A DNA stretch of 64,000 bases from positions 30,628,001-30,692,000 of the forward strand of contig JAQFVV010000002.1 of assembly GCA_028023455.1 (NCBI GenBank). Direction: 5' to 3'. Below, piece by piece: positions 62,740 through 64,000 of this stretch. How positions within the stretch are numbered: the first letter of the stretch is position 1; each line of letters starts with the position of its first letter. This DNA is from Epiperipatus broadwayi (lineage: Eukaryota > Animalia > Onychophora). Both the position numbers and the translations under genes were made by a program. Under the pieces are notes generated by a model. It had not been told where the DNA came from. It did not search any database and saw only the letters and a program-made list of their open reading frames with translations.

Positions 62740-63080
62740 TCAAAACATAATGTGATCATTATTTCATATGCTTATACAGGCTGTTAGTAAGGGTAACAAA
62801 CTTTTCATACAGTATGTCATCAAGTGTAAGCCTTCATAATCAATGTTTTGTGCATAAAATCCTTATCTAGTGCCTACTAATTCAATATCCTCAGACTAAG
62901 ATTTAGCTGCAGTGTTCTCAAACCCAAGGCTCCTCACTGATGAAAGCCACAAATTAGAAACTAGTCTGGGGATATTGGATGAGTAGGCACTAGATAGAGA
63001 ATTTATGCCCAAACTTTCTTGCATCCATTGACTACAAAGCCTTGCACTTGGTGGCATTACTATATGAAGAGCTTGTCACT
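62740..63080. mobile_element. Family A fold-back
   Basis: Minus arm ~62740-62898, plus arm ~62899-63080. Confidence 0.8.
62922..62980 (+). ncRNA. Type I hammerhead motif, family A, core intact, on the TDP1 sense strand
   Basis: ACCCAAGGCTCCTCA CTGATGA AAGCCACAAATTA GAAAC TA GTC TGGGGATATTGGAT; predicted cut after 62966; stem II weakened. Confidence 0.7.
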
Positions 63081-63589
63081 TTTTGCTTAATTGAGTTATC
63101 TATCAGGTTTGGTAATATAACCAGATTTTGAATTTGGCTATTTTTAGACCATCTTTTCTAGGTCCTTGCACCTTAATGACAGACAGGGATCTCTAAATAG
63201 GACTTTGCTAAATATACAAAAAGTTGCCAATTGAAACTCTTGACCAATTCAATTCCTTGGAGACTTATTACTGATTGTATTACCTCATACAAATAATCTT
63301 AACTATGAAATTGTAGTTTCCTCCAAGTCAAAGGCTTTGCATTTTTACATTCTTGAACACTCTTGTATACTGGGAAAAAAATGTTGCAGTCAGAATCGTA
63401 TATATAATTAAAGCGTGGAAATGTAATTGTCCAAACACATAATCTCATTTTTATAGCTACACCCTAGGTGTGATTTATGAAATGAGCTTTGTCATGACCT
63501 AGCTGATTAAAGGAACTGAGGATACTAAGATACAACAACAACAAAATAGAGAAATTTTGAGAAGCAATATAGATATAAAGAAAAGAGTT

Positions 63590-63990
63590 TACACTTGGGT
63601 GTCGTTTTACGCGATAGATAGTTTCCTCAGAAAACATGCGCAAACGAAATTGCGCAAAAATAGATGTAACTTACATTGAAAAGTGGGGGGGGGGATGCAG
63701 TCTGTGATTTTTCAAAATTCGAGTAAAAGCAAAGCACCAACGTAAAATTACTTTAAAATTCGCGCAAAAAAAAAATAAGGAAATAAAATATGACTAATAA
63801 AAAATTTCAAATTTGAAAAAAATTGATACAAGACAAACTTTTTTTAACTATAATATTTAATTTTATTCAAAATAATATATTTTTATGCATAATTTGCAAT
63901 ACAGTAATTTACATTTTTTATACACGTTTTAATTATTATAGCTATTTGCCAAAAACACGTTCATTTGCAAACAACTAGCGCCAACTAAAC
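63590..63990 (+). repeat. Second copy of the 61455-61830 transposon-end-like block
   Basis: Colinear similarity over ~350 bp. Confidence 0.7.
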
Positions 63991-64000
63991 ACTCATGTTG

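Overview
AT-rich, repeat-dense intronic DNA from an animal (probably invertebrate) genome; no prokaryotic features. The only host gene I can support is TDP1 (tyrosyl-DNA phosphodiesterase 1) on the + strand, present as three small internal exons (11176-11272, 30723-30757, 42642-42734) separated by 19.5-kb and 11.9-kb introns. Its flanking exons were not found in the window. The introns hold decayed mariner, pogo/Tigger-like, RTE-clade LINE and Penelope-like fragments, tRNA-derived SINEs, and one very young gag-only Ty3/Gypsy-type LTR element (42968-48348). The main finding is a group of short non-coding repeat families. At least three (A, D, H), plus Penelope-type remnants, carry type I hammerhead ribozyme (HHR) motifs with a short, palindromic or near-palindromic stem III. 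Family A occurs at nine loci, has a ~437-nt tandem monomer, and shares with family D an unusual A.A pair at positions 10.1/11.1. Many insertions of families A, B and C are tail-out fold-backs flanked by 10-16-bp target-site duplications (TSDs), with one arm ~30-50 nt longer than the other. This is consistent with retrozyme-like RNAs mobilised by target-primed reverse transcription from multimeric or circular templates. All structures were inferred by eye; no database searches or folding programs were run, and most repeat boundaries are approximate.
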